Below are positions 28,242-44,072 of a DNA stretch of 64,000 bases, piece after piece; the stretch's first letter is position 1; every line of letters starts with the position of its first letter. Below the pieces are notes generated by a model. The model was not told where the DNA came from, did no database searches, and was given only the letters and a program-made list of their open reading frames with translations. This stretch comes from Octopus vulgaris (taxonomy: Eukaryota). The stretch lies in the NCBI GenBank assembly GCA_951406725.2, contig OX597827.1, positions 6,386,001-6,450,000 on the forward strand. Reading direction: 5' to 3'. A program made the position numbers and the translations under genes.

Positions 28242-28653
28242 TGTGGCTGTGTGGTAAGTAGCTTGTTTACCAACCACATGGTTCCGGGTTCAGTCCCACT
28301 GCGTGGCATCTTGGGCAAGTGTCTTCTGCTATAGCCCCGGGCCGACCAATGCCTTGTGAGTGGATTTGGTAGACAGAAACTGAAAGAAGCCCATTGTATA
28401 TATGTATATATATATATAAGTGTGTGTGTATATGTTTGTGTGTCTGTGTTTGTCCCCCTAGCATTGTTTGACAACCGATGCTGGTGTGTTTACGTCCCCG
28501 TCACTTAGCGGTTCGGCAAAAGAGACTGATAGAATAAGTACTGGGCTTACAAAGAATAAGTCCCAGGGTCGATTTGCTCGACTAAAGGCGGTGCTCCAGC
28601 ATGGCCGCAGTCAAATGACTGAAACAAGTAAAAGAGTAAAAGAGTAAAAGAGT
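28242..28653 (+). mobile_element. SINE family A copy (young)
   Basis: Near-identical to 31608-32016 and 54505-54918; (TAAAAGAG)3 tail. Confidence 0.93.
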
Positions 28654-28682
28654 ATATATATTTATTTATTCATTTATTTGTC

Positions 28683-28937
28683 ACATCCCTTGCCTGCCAA
28701 GTGTGGCACCTCTAAAATCAAAGGACTCCATGTGATATCAGGTGGAAAATGATAGATCATCCAGGCCCATATATGAATGGGAGTGGCCATTGCCAAATCT
28801 GCATCTTGGAGAGAACCAAAATTCTTAAGGACAATGCTAAACCTGGCATGTTAAATAGTTGTAAAGAAGTTTCCTCTAAATGTGTCCACTTCAAACACTA
28901 CCTAACAGAAAATTGGATCACCCCGTTTGCTGGTTAG
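28683..28937 (+). pseudogene. Penelope-like element fragment: C-terminus of the GIY-YIG endonuclease region
   Basis: TSLACQVWHL*NQRTPCDIRWKMIDHPGPYMNGSGHCQICILERTKIL...MLNSCKEVSSKCVHFKHYL follows the PLE pattern T-L---W-L...I-W-I...PY...C-(L/I)C--E...LN---E--SKC-H; one in-frame stop. Confidence 0.75.
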
Positions 28938-29002
28938 GCCTTTTCAGGCCTTTAGCTTATAGTAGAAAGGATTATTATTATTATTATTGTTGTTATTATT
29001 AT

Positions 29003-30690
<1,688 letters not shown>

Positions 30691-31607
30691 ATGTATAACC
30701 AAAACTATATTATTCAAGAATCTGTCACTGTTTTGGAAGACAAGATATGATTTGAAGAGTAATTGGTTGTTCTTTTTAGCAGGTTAAATGACTCTGTATA
30801 GGTTTCCTTAATTTAATATTGTTCTTGTTGCTGAGGGCTATAATTACTTTTATTCTTCTTACTTGTCACACTTTTACAATATTTTCTTATTTTTACAATT
30901 TTTTATTTCATTTTTTAGTAAGTAATTATTATCATTGTAAAAGTATACTGTAAACAAAAAAAATATAGAAATTTTTCACAAAAAAATCAAGTGTGAAACA
31001 TGCTTTCTTTAGTTTTTTCTTTCTTATTTTGTATTTTTTTCCTTTCATCACTTTTACTCTGAGAAATTTATTAAGAATAAATTCTTCAGTTTTGTCAAGA
31101 AATTTTAAATTCAAAATTTGTTACATCTTACATGTCTTTCTCTCCATGTATGTATGTATGTATACACACACACACACCTTCACATACTGTAAATATAAAA
31201 TAAGCATACACACACATAGACACACACACACACACACACACCTTCACATACTGTAAATATAAAATAAGCATACACACACAGACACACACGAATATATACA
31301 GTTTTTATGCATGTCGTGTTTATCTATTACAAGCTGAATAATATCTTCACTTACCATTCTCAAGTGCTCAACATGGTCGGTTTTGCCCCTAAAAAAGGGT
31401 TAATGGGCAGCAAGTGAACAACTTATTCACAAACATTTTCAATTTGGGACCTGTGGAAAACTTCCAACACCTTCTAATTTGATAGAGTTATTTGAGGGTC
31501 TTTGCCAGTTTCAATAAATATTACAAAACTTCACATGTATGAGTATATACTTCTCAACATTTTGCTAGCAAAATTTTTATAACACAAAGTACAAAGATAT
31601 ATTTACA

Positions 31608-31769
31608 GTGCAGGAGTGGCTGTGTGGTAAGTAGCTTGTTTACCAACCACATGGTTCTGGGTTCAGTCCCACTGCGTGGCACCTTGGGCAAGTGTCTTCT
31701 ACTATAGCCTCGGGCCGACCAAAGCCTTGTGAGTGGATTTGGTAGATGAAAACTGAAAAAAGCCCGTCG

Positions 31770-31800
<31 letters not shown>

Positions 31801-32016
31801 GTGTGCGTGTATGCTTGTGTGTCTGTGTTTGTCCCCCTAGCATTGCTTGACAACCAATGCTGGTGTGTTTACGTCCCCGTCACTTAGCGGTTCGGCAAAA
31901 GAGACAGATAGAATAAGTACTGGGCTTACAAAGAATAAGTCCCAGGGTCGATTTGCTCGACTAAAGGTGGTGCTCCAGCATGGCCGCAGTCAAATGACTG
32001 AAACAAGTAAAAAGAG
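31608..32016 (+). mobile_element. SINE family A copy (young)
   Basis: Full-length and colinear with 28242-28653. Confidence 0.93.
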
Positions 32017-32039
32017 TATATTTTTGTATCCACCTTTTA

Positions 32040-32308
32040 TCTTTTACTTGCCTCACTCATTGAATGGCGGCTATGCTGGGGCACCGCCTTGAAGGATTTA
32101 GTCAAACAAATTGACTGAATTACTCCTTTGTTTTTAAATATTGTACCTCTTCTATTGGTCTCTTACTGCTGAAGCACTAAGTCATGGGCACATACACAAA
32201 CCAACACCAGCTGTAAAGCAGTGTTAGGAGACAAACACAAAGATGTACACACATAGATATATACACCTGTACATACATACATACATACATAGATACATAT
32301 ATATATAT

Positions 32309-32352
<44 letters not shown>

Positions 32353-32494
32353 TATATATATATATACATATATGTATATATATATATATGTACATATATA
32401 TATCCATATCTATATATATATATATATATATATAGATAGATAGATAGATAGATAGATATAGATATAGATATATATATTATATATATATATATAC

Positions 32495-32527
<33 letters not shown>

Positions 32528-32690
32528 CAATGAGCGTCTTTCTGTTTTTGTCAAACAAATCCACTCACAAGGCTTTGGTTAGCTCGAGGCTATAGTAGAA
32601 GACACTTGCCCAAGGTGCCACACAGTCGGACTGAACCCAGAACCATGTTGTTGGGGTACTAGGTTCTTACCACACAGCCACACCTGACCC
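32040..32690 (-). mobile_element. SINE family A copy (older, expanded internal microsatellite)
   Basis: Head ACCACACAGCCACACC near 32685 and body CTTGCCCAAGGTGCCAC on the reverse strand; ~290 bp internal (TA)-rich tract. Confidence 0.8.
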
Positions 32691-33007
32691 TATACATATA
32701 CTGGAGAATGTGTGAGATCCTTAGTACAGTTAGGTATATTTGAACAGTCCTTCACTCCTACACTGATTAACAAACACACCCAAATCCCAAACAAACCACA
32801 AACCCCAAATCCTCAGATGTGTTTGACAACAAATGCGATAAGGTTCTCCAAAGAAGTTAACAAGAAATTATTTTTTTTAAATTCTCCTCACCCAAGTTAA
32901 CAAAGAACTTACTAGATCTATGAACTAAAATTTATATTATTAAACAATTAAAAACTAATGAATTAAACTGATTAGAACTACCAGTGAAGTCATTCTTTTT
33001 CTTTTTT

Positions 33008-33087
<80 letters not shown>

Positions 33088-33183
33088 TATTTATAGCCTG
33101 ATCTATGCCATCATGGAAGATGAATGTTAAATAACAATGATGACAATATACATATATATATATGCATATCGAAATCTTATATA

Positions 33184-33400
33184 TGAGGGGGTACTGAAAA
33201 GTTTCTGGGTTTCAGGGTTTTGTAAAAGGCCTGGCTGGAAGTCCAGTCATCTGAGTTCTTTTACAGGGATTAGAAAAACTGAAGGACTGCTACAATAAGT
33301 GTGTGTGTCTGAGAGGGGAATATTTTGAATAAAATCCTCATTAACTGATTCTTCTGTATTTTCTGTTATCCAAAACCAGGAACTTTTCCGCGCCCCCTTG
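33184..33400. mobile_element. Tc1/mariner-type MITE
   Basis: TA flanks; TIRs TGAGGGGGTACTGAAAAGTTTCTGG / CCAGGAACTTTTCCGCGCCCCCTTG. Confidence 0.8.
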
Positions 33401-33402
33401 TA

Positions 33403-33410
33403 ACACACAC

Positions 33411-33465
<55 letters not shown>

Positions 33466-33476
33466 CACACACACAC

Positions 33477-33525
<49 letters not shown>

Positions 33526-33573
33526 CACACACACACAACACACACACAACACACACACACAACACACACACAC

Positions 33574-33624
<51 letters not shown>

Positions 33625-33709
33625 CACACACACACACAACACACACAACACACAACACACACACACACACACAACACACACACACACCACACACACACAC
33701 ACACACACA
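33403..33709. repeat. Interrupted (CA)n microsatellite
   Basis: Directly visible. Confidence 0.97.
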
Positions 33710-34217
33710 TGAATACAAACACATACAGCAAACTTCTTTCGGGTCTTGTCTGTTAAATGCACTCACAAGACTTTTGGCAACTTGGGAATATAATTCTGAA
33801 TCCGGAACCATGTGGTTGGGAATCGGGCGTCTTATCACACAGCTGTGTATCCCAGTTTTAGAACATTGCCTAAGAAAACCCAAGCAACCTAAGAAAGCAT
33901 GGAGAAATCGGATCTAAATCAGTAATGATAATAACCTGGTAAAAGAGTAATATACAGCAACTGCCGAAATGTTCAGAACAGATGTATGCTTAATTTGTAT
34001 TGTAAAAGATTTTATGAGAGTACTTGAGAATTCGTTTGAAACCGACATCCCGCAAATGAGTAGGTGTAACAATTATGGAAATAGATTGCTGGTAATTTAT
34101 AATGAAAATATTTCTTTTAAGCATAGTGATTAGCAGAGAGCTCAATAAAAGTGAACGTATCAGGTTTTAATCAATAATTTAATGATATATAAACATGTGT
34201 GTGTGTGTATACGTGTG

Positions 34218-34280
<63 letters not shown>

Positions 34281-34602
34281 TGTGTGGGGATACAACTAAA
34301 ATGAAATAATATTAAACAACAGAGTGAAATAAATGCAAAATACATCTTAGATCTTTATATATTCTAATACTCTAAATCTGATCTTTTCCCACTTTTTATT
34401 GAGCTCCTTGCTAATCAATTTGCACAGAAGAAATATTGTCATTCCAATTGTGAGTTATTTAATTATATACATACATATATATATATATATATATATCCAC
34501 ATACACACAAAAAAGTTATATATAAATATATGCATGGGTACATGTATATTGTAAATATGTACACATATTTATATATGTGTGTATATGTACACATAATTAT
34601 AC

Positions 34603-34638
<36 letters not shown>

Positions 34639-34733
34639 GTGTGTGCACATGCACATGAAACTTGGCCTTGCATGTATGTTTATGTATGCACATCTCTGGT
34701 ATGTATAAGTGTGTAATAACTGCATTTCATTCA

Positions 34734-34767
<34 letters not shown>

Positions 34768-34810
34768 ACATTCCATCTTTCACATTTCTAATTCATTTGC
34801 ACTCACATGT

Positions 34811-34841
<31 letters not shown>

Positions 34842-34987
34842 CTTCCCTAGTCTCTCTCTCTCTCTCTCTCCCTCTCTAATTCCTTTTCTTTCTCTTCAGC
34901 TTCGTCTTTTCCTTATTTTTCAATCAATATGTATCAAACAAGCTCAGTAAAAGTAATTCTTCCATTCCTGTTGTTCTTCTTGTTACT

Positions 34988-35037
<50 letters not shown>

Positions 35038-35267
35038 CGATGACGGTGATGACGGTGATGGTGTCAGTGATGGAGAGGACCTGATTTATATATCGTTGTT
35101 CAATAGATAGAGAATTTACATCTCAATATAAAAGGGATCAATACCAGCAAAGGATTACTTCTTTCCATTCTGATTCGGTTCTTCTTGTTCTTGTTGCGGT
35201 CTTTTTTTCTCTCTTTCTTTTTTTCCTTTTCGTTATCTTGTTCTTATATTCCAGCTTCTTTCTCACA

Positions 35268-35337
35268 TTCATCATCATTCCCAACATCATCATAACCACC
35301 ACCACCACCACCACCACCACCACCACCACCACCAACA

Positions 35338-35368
<31 letters not shown>

Positions 35369-35433
35369 TGTCATTCCCGTCATCATCATAACCACCACCA
35401 CCACCACCACCACCACCACAACCACAACCAACA

Positions 35434-35464
<31 letters not shown>

Positions 35465-35620
35465 TGTCATTCCCGTCATCATCATAACCACCATCACCAC
35501 CACCACAACCACAACCACAACCACAACCACAACCACCACAACCACCACCACCACCATCATCATCATTGTCATTTCCATCATCATCATCATCGTCGTCATC
35601 ATTGTCAGTTTCGTCATCAT
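35268..35620. repeat. (CAC)n/(CAT)n compound tract with ~3 higher-order units of ~96-102 bp
   Basis: Anchor CATCATCATTGTCATT(C/T)CC recurs three times. Confidence 0.85.
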
Positions 35621-35850
35621 TATTTTTCACCAAAAACCACCACCATCGTTATTGTCATCACCCCAGTCGTCGTCACCACCAGCATCACAATCCACTACCT
35701 CCAGTAACCATCATCAACATTAATACCACAAATAGCAGTAATACCAAAACGACCATCACCATCACCATCACCATCATCATCATCATCATCATTATTCAGA
35801 CAAGCATCAATATCACCATCACTTTCAATATCATAATCATACCATCTCTC

Positions 35851-35881
<31 letters not shown>

Positions 35882-36118
35882 TTATTTATCTATCTATCTA
35901 TCTTTTACTGCAAGTTTATCTTTTCCTTACTATACACCACCCATTCTTTCCTCACCTTAGCATTCTTCTTCTTCTTCTTCTTCTTCTTCTTCTTCTTCTT
36001 CTCCTCCTCCTCCCTTTTCACCTCATCTGTCTTTCTTTTTCTATCCTTTTCTATTCGTTCTTAGATTATTTTTCCATATCTTTTGTTCTTAATTCTCTTT
36101 CTTATTTCATTATTTCAT

Positions 36119-36162
<44 letters not shown>

Positions 36163-36886
36163 AGGGTTTCTTCTTGGCCATCACTCTCACCACCACCACA
36201 ACAACAACAACTGCCACCAACACCTCCACCACCACCACCACCCACCACCACCAAGACCATCACAACCGCAATGCTCGTTCCCACCTCCCATTTCTCACCT
36301 TACACCACTACCCATCTACTTCTACTCAACTTCATGAATAATTCTCAGAGGTTTATTGCTTATCGAAACTTTTTCCAAATTTAGATTATCAAAGACACTG
36401 TAAATCAATAGCATAAATTGTCTACTTACTATAAATGTGAAGTACCTTCAAATGCACAACTAAACCATCGTAAAACTTTACTCATTCATCGGGCTTTTCG
36501 GAAAGTTTTACATTTTTATATTTATTTTATCTTATTTTGTTTCAGTGCAGACATTTTCTTTGTTACTTGTTTATTTTTTTTATCTTTGTTTGTGTGTATG
36601 TGTGTGTTTGTTATGTTTTCATTTTAGTTTTTGTTCTTGCTGCTGTTACTATTGTTGTTGTTGTTGTTGTTGTTTTTGTTGTTATGTATATTTTTGGTAT
36701 GGTCTTATGTTCTTTAGGATTTAAGATTTTTAGCTGAAATAATTCCTTTCCACTTTAAAACAATAAAAACAATAATAAACCTTTTTTGTGTGTTTGCTTT
36801 CTTTCTCCGTCTCTCCCTCCCCCTGTATCTATCTATGTATATATGTATGTGTGTGTATGTATCTATATCTATCAATCTATCTATCG

Positions 36887-36920
<34 letters not shown>

Positions 36921-37104
36921 GCATACACACATATACGTGCACATACTCATACACAAATAGAAGAAATATATATGTGTGTATATTAATAATATAAGCTGGG
37001 ATTGAGTGAAATATTTGGTATTGGTAAATATATACATATGTATATATATATAAATATAGATATAGATATATATATATAGAGATATATATTTACGTATATA
37101 TGTG

Positions 37105-37136
<32 letters not shown>

Positions 37137-37248
37137 TATATATACATATATATATATACATATATATATACATATATAAATATATATATATACATTATAT
37201 ACATATATACATATATACATATATATATATATTTATATACATGTTCAT

Positions 37249-37279
<31 letters not shown>

Positions 37280-37503
37280 CAAACACACATATTCATACAC
37301 ATACACACAAACATGTATATATTGTATATATATGCATATATGTTAATTTTACATTCTAATAGAATAAAAATAACTTGGGTTAAAGGCATTTTATGGGTGC
37401 ATGCACATAGTGAGTGTGTGTCACTGCTTAAGTGTATGTGTTTCTATGAGTGGATATGTCTATGTTCCATTTATAAATTTGGCAATAATAATTCATTCAT
37501 ATA

Positions 37504-37545
<42 letters not shown>

Positions 37546-39623
37546 AGTAGACAACTGATAGATATGTATATATTTGTGTGTGTGTGTGTGTACTCATGTG
37601 ATGGTGGTAAATGAGCAAGAGATGAATGTCTCTAGTCTCCTGTGAAAAAATGTCCAGTCATGGGGATATATTACCTTAATTGGAAACAGTTGAGAGCTGG
37701 TGGCAGGAAGGGCATCCATCTGTAGAAAAGTGGCCTCATCAAATTCCATCCGACTTATGCTAGCATGAGAAAATGGGCATTAAAAGACGATAGTGCTTAG
37801 ATAAAATAATTTTAGAAAAAAAAAAAAAATTAGAAAACAAATAAAAGAACCAAGTTGGTCATGGATGGAACAGCTTCCGTTTAAAGAGGTTATCTCACTG
37901 AGGGTTGAGTTGAGGCTGAGCATCAACAATAGTTCTCTTATTCTATAAAATGTCCTTCAGAAACACATAAATGTCATAATTCATTTCTCTTCCTTGACAT
38001 GTTTAACCAATAAGACTAATTATGAATTGATGGATACCTCTAGTTATTAATATGCGAATAGAATGTACAGAACACACAGACGTTATTTGAGTCAATTTAT
38101 TTTACCTGTGAATTATAAATTTTAATCATTTTGCAGTCAGCAAAATTTATCTGAAATAGTGAAATTGTCCAAGTCAATTACCGAAATCTTGGGTTTCTAA
38201 TATAATATTGATATGCATTCTTTAATTATTCTTTGTCATTTATCAAATTACAAACTTCATTCCAGTCAGGATGTTAGCAGGAATATCAGATTTATGACAC
38301 AAGCTCATAATAGGCTTGGAACGTGAAGAAAATGGTAATAAACTTTGAAAAGTTCCAAAAGAAAATTAATTAAGAGTACTATGGTTTACGTTATGTAACT
38401 AAAGAAGGATGTCGTTGAAGAAAACGAAGTAAAAAGAGAAAAAGTTTATAGAACACGGTAAATTTCTTGATATCATTATTAGCATGTTTCTTTACTTAGA
38501 AACCAAATCTTATACTGTTTATTCCAACAGTAGACTATCGTATTTGTTCACTACAACAACAGCTGTTTTAACTAGTAACTTTCTTCTTCTGATCCAGCAA
38601 TCGGCTGTCTCTCAAGTGTAACACATTTGCAATCTAAGTATGCTGTTTAATATAGAATTCCAAATTGGTAAGAATGATAACACTTGCCAATACACACAAG
38701 AAATGAATTCAGCTGTTGGACTCTCACACCAAATAAATTATTCTATTCAGACACTTCTGTAAATAATTCACAATTACATGTAATTGCTGTTTCTATTTCT
38801 TCACTGTGATTTCACTATTTTCTGACAATTTCCAAGAAACTCCACTATAATCCTTCTCTTCTGAGACAATTCCCATTGAATATAGCACAGAAGAAGTATA
38901 TAAACAACACTAAATTTGACTGCAGAATTCAATAGCAGTTATAATAGCACTGCTAACTGGCCCATGGCTGTTTTCAGAAGAGTCCACTGTCACAAACATA
39001 TGAGCCAAATATCTAATTCGAGGACAACTTCTCATAGGCATTGCCTTTCTTTCTCTGAATAAAAGATAAAAATAATGGTTCAGATTTTGGCACAATACCA
39101 ACAAATACCTGGTGTTTTGGCACAATACCAACAATACACAATACTTGGAGCAGGTAAGTCAATTACATTGACCCCGGTGATCAACTGGTATTTATTTCAT
39201 CGACCCTGAAAGGATGAATGGTATAGTCAATCTAAATAGAATTTGAACTCAAAACATAAATCCAAAAGAAATGTCACTAAGTAATTTTATCTGCTATACT
39301 AATAAATACAGAAATAAGGCTGTCAAAAATTCATTGAAATTATCATTAAAAGTTGTAGCATCTAAGGTGGTGAACTAGCAGAATTGCTGGCACACCAGGA
39401 AAAATACTTAGCAGCATTTTGTCTGCCTTTGCATTCTGGGTTCAAGTGCTGCTGGAGTCAGCTTTGCTTTTCACCCTTTCAGGGTTAATAAAATAAGTAC
39501 CAGTTGAGAGATGGGCTCAGTGTTATCATCTTACTCCCTCCCTTGAATTTTCTTACCTTGTGCCAAAATTTGAGATCAACATTAGAAGCATCTAAAGTGG
39601 CAAACTGACAGAATCATTAACAA

Positions 39624-40045
39624 GCATTAAAGTGGTAAGCTGGCAGAAGCGTTAGCACGCCAGGCAAAATGCTTAGCAGTATTTTGTCTGCCTTTATGTT
39701 TTGAGTTCAAATTCTGCCATGGTCGACTTTGCCTTTCATCCTTTCAGGGTCGATAAATTAAAGTACCAGTTATGCACTGGGGTTAAATAATCGATTTAAT
39801 CCGTTTGTCTGTCCTTGTTTGTCCCCTCTGTGTTTAGCCCCTTGTGGATAGTAAAGAAATAGGTATTTTGTCTGCCTTTACGTTTTGAGTTCAAATTCCG
39901 CCAAGGTCGACTTTGCCTTTCATCCTTTCAGGGTCGATAAATTAAATACCAGTTACGCAGTGGGGTCGATGTAATCGACTTAATCCCTTTGTCTGTCCTT
40001 GTTTGTCCCCTCTATGTTCAACCCCGTGTGGGCAATAAAGAAATA
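39624..40045 (+). mobile_element. Young partially dimeric SINE family B inserted into an older family B copy; part of a family B cluster ~39100-40960
   Basis: 14-bp direct repeat AGAATCATTAACAA at 39610-39623 and 40046-40059; internal tandem duplication restarting at GGTATTTTGTCTGCC (~39862). Confidence 0.88.
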
Positions 40046-41250
40046 AGAATCATTAACAATCTGGGTAAAATGCTTAGCAGCATTTATCCATCATTGTGTT
40101 CTGAGTTCAAATGCTGCCAGAGTCGACTTTACCTTTCATCCTTTCAGGGTCGAATAAATAACTAGCAGTTGAGTACTGGAGTTGGTATTATCAACTTATC
40201 TCCTCACCTGATATTGCTGGTCTTTTCCACAATGAGAAACCAATATTTGTAGCTCTTTCTTAACAATTATTTCTAACATTGGTAAAAAAAAGTTATTTTG
40301 TAGGACAGGAGTGGTTGATTATATTACTTCTAATACTTGACTGGTACTCTGTTTTATCTGCCTCAGTGGCATGAAAAGTAAAGCTTACCTCAGCAAGATT
40401 TGAACAAAGAATTTAAAGAACCAGAATAAATATGGGGAGGTATTTTGCTTGATGTTCTTACAATTCTCCCAATCCACCAACTTTACCATTTTTTGAAAAA
40501 ATAATATCCATTTTTAACACTGGCGCAAAATTTGGTGAGGGGGGATACTGTCAATTGAATTGATCTCAGTACCTGGAAGGGTGAAAGGCAGAGTTAACTG
40601 TGACCAGTTTTGGACTCAAAACTTCAAGACATAACTAAAAACTGAGACTTTTGTTTTGCCTAAAACTCTCAAGATTTCTTCAATGATTGGACACAAGGTG
40701 CTACAAAATTTGGGGAAAAGTATAATTAGCTAAATTAGTTCCAGTAATTGGTTTCAAATTTTGGCACAAGGCCAATAATTTCTGGGAATAGAGGAAAGTT
40801 GATTACATTGCCCTCAGTGGTCAAGTGGTACTTATTTTACGATCCCAAAAGGATGAAAGGCAAAGTCAACCTCAGTGAAATTTGAACTCAGATCATAAAG
40901 ACAGATGAAATGCCACTAAGAATTTTTCCTGGTGTCCTAATGAATCTGGCAACTTGCAGTTTTATTTATTTAGTTCCAGTAATTAACAGTTTACTTTGTT
41001 AACCCCACAAGGACAAATGCCAATGGTTAGGAAGATGTGAAACATGTTCCAGAAATGTACACATGTTACTGAAATGCAATGTTGCACATTATAAGGTAAA
41101 TTTGATGACTGCTTTACAAAATTATTTTAAAATTATATTTCAGTTACAGCAAAAGACAGAACATTTGTAACAGATAGAAGTAGTGAATCAATACATTAGC
41201 AGCACACCATTGGTTACATGGGTGTTTGTTGTTGTTATTGTTGTTGTTGC

Positions 41251-41327
<77 letters not shown>

Positions 41328-42287
41328 TTGCGATTGTTGACTTGATATTGCAGCAATGACAATGTCATTTTTGCTTAAAAGAATTGTGTATTCAGAACTA
41401 CATTGTCTTGGATAAACTTGTGCCCCGTCGCTTTTTAAGATTGCACATTGTGATTTATAATAGATTTGACTACTATTTCTAGTAAGCTGAGTCGCCGCAT
41501 GTAGCAGGAATGGGAAATCTTTTACATACAGGGGTGAATTTGCAAATATCTGTGTGTGTGTTTGTGTGTGTGTGTGTGGTGTTTTAGGGGATATTTTTGG
41601 TGAGAAAATAACGAACCTTTAATTTCACAAATTTGTAGATATGGAACTTTCATTAAATTACTGCTATGGTCCTGAAGCTTAAACCAGTCTTACTTTTGTT
41701 CAATTTTTTTCAAAGGAATTGCAAGAAGAAAAGCATTATTACCTTCTTCTAGATAGAGTAACAAATTTGATAGCTCCATTATACACAAAATGTAATCTAT
41801 CTTTAAAAACTCTCTTTAAAATCAGTCTTTAAAAAAAATTGTCTTATCACGCACAAAAAATAAAAAAAAGTTGCCGTTGGGAAAATATAAGGATCAAAGA
41901 AAAGACAATGTCTGAATTCTTTACTTTTTATTTTTTGTCTTTGATAATTACATTTTGTACATCTGTGAAGTGAAGTGGAACTGTATTTTAATCACCATTG
42001 GAAACAATTCACAAAGAACAAGACTTAAGGAAATACAGTGTATCTGTTGAAGTAATTGGAAAAATATACATACATACATACATATATATATATAGATATA
42101 TATATATATATATTATATGTGTTTCTATGTATGTCTATATATAAGTATACATGCATATTTGTATTTTATATATGTATATATATGTATTAAATAGATAATC
42201 GTAATTAAATATATTTTTGGAGGGTATTTTGCTTAATTCACAGTAATTTCACACATATTATTGATATTTTCTTCTTTACTTTTCTTT

Positions 42288-42318
<31 letters not shown>

Positions 42319-42734
42319 TTTTTTTTTGCTTAAACGGAACTTCATTATAATTAAGCTTATGACACCAACGTAAAGGTAACAATATTGGTGGTCCATAAAA
42401 CTTAACAGTAATGACTGCAGCTCATGTTTTTTTTTTAAAGACTCTACTTTCATTTTCAGTTTGTTTATAATGCGGAATGAAATGAAAGCACTTCAGTGCT
42501 GTGTGCCATCTCTGTTTGGTTTCAGTTTCACTTGAGAGGACACTGGAAGAGAATTTCTTCTGCAATAATTATCCAACTTAATCAGTTTTTATGAGACTTT
42601 TCCTTCTTCTTATCTTTTCTTTCCTTTTTTTAAATTTTTTTTCTTGTTGTTGCCACAAAAAGGAACCTTTGACAATTTTGTTTTTCTTTTTGTAACTTCG
42701 TCAAAATGGGTTTAAGCTTGGTTGAAATTATCTT

Positions 42735-42782
<48 letters not shown>

Positions 42783-44072
42783 CTTTTATTGTTGCATTTC
42801 TGTTTAGTTTTTATGGAATTTTTTTTTTTGCCTTATTGTTTGTATGATTGCTTTCATTTTCATGGTAGTTTTCCTGAGATTCTTGTATTTTATGGTATTG
42901 TATTTTTGTCTGGTTTTCGTTGTTTACTTGTTTTGTTATTTAAGTCTTTGTGTGATGTGAAGTGATATGTGTTTTTTTGTATGCGTGTGCACGCACACAC
43001 GTTTGTGCATATGTGTATGTATGTGTGTGTTTTTGTGTGTGTGTGGTTGTATTCCATTTATTTACTAGTTGCTAGTCATAGTAATACTAGAAGCAGTGGC
43101 TATTCTTCTTGCATTTTTCTCTCTCTTCATTCCTGCTGTTTCGAATTATGGTTCATGTTGTATTTATGATTATAGAGAGAAATTATTTTTCTGAAAGTGA
43201 AAAACATTTAATGTTTGTTGCTGTTAATGATTTTTGTATGTATTTTTGTGAAGGCTGTAAAACGTTTGGTAATCTCTCACCATAATGTAGAAAATAAATC
43301 CCTTGTGAGCCGAGTCTACAACCTAATTTCGGTTTTCCGTTTTAACTACTTCACATCACTTATGCCTGCAAATACTTTTGAGAATGACTTGGACAACACA
43401 GCTTTTGCTTCCTTCACCTCGCTCTGAACTCTGAAGAACCTTTGGCTTCAGACCTATATATTGGAAGTCAACAGACAGGGCCACAACACTACATGCTAGA
43501 CTAACTAAGCGATTGCCTGGGGTAATAAAATCAAAGGTACCACAAATAACCTACGCGGAATTTCTTTATCCAATTAAAACCTTGAGAACTTACTAATAAA
43601 GATAGCAATTGAAGTCACTTCCCCCACCCCCAAATAGAATGGAGGTCAGAGTCGAGAGGCTCATGTGATGCTATGATCTGTCACATGATTTGTTGTAAAA
43701 CATTTCAAATCTTGACTGAATTTTCTCAGAGATACGCATGAACATAAAACTATAGAACTCTTGTTTCTAAGTTAATTATAATTTTCTGATTGAATTTTTC
43801 AGCTGATGCAACGAGATTAGAATACATTGTTAAAAAAAGATCAGAGAATGGATTCCAATTGTAAAAGTGGGAGAAAGGAAATGCTTGGTACCTTAGCAAT
43901 ATTCGGGGTCTCTAGGCAAATCAGTCCACTGGGTTTTATTGTATTTATATATTGGCAGCAAGCCACAGTGTAAATAGATCAGAATTGGATCCCTAGACCC
44001 ATTAGGGCCTCAGGAAAATTGAGGTACTGGGCTCAATAGAACTTATTTATTGGTAGCAAGCCATAACATACG

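Noticed and set aside
31340-31365. Minus-strand donor GAATG|GTAAGTG as the protocadherin first exon
   Set aside because: No supporting initiator or acceptor context; isolated GTAAGT matches are expected by chance.
35127-35170. TATA-box promoter (TATAAAAG)
   Set aside because: No well-spaced initiator or downstream exon; not significant in AT-rich DNA.
35566-36384. 272-aa ORF
   Set aside because: Concatenated trinucleotide and dinucleotide repeats; no domain.
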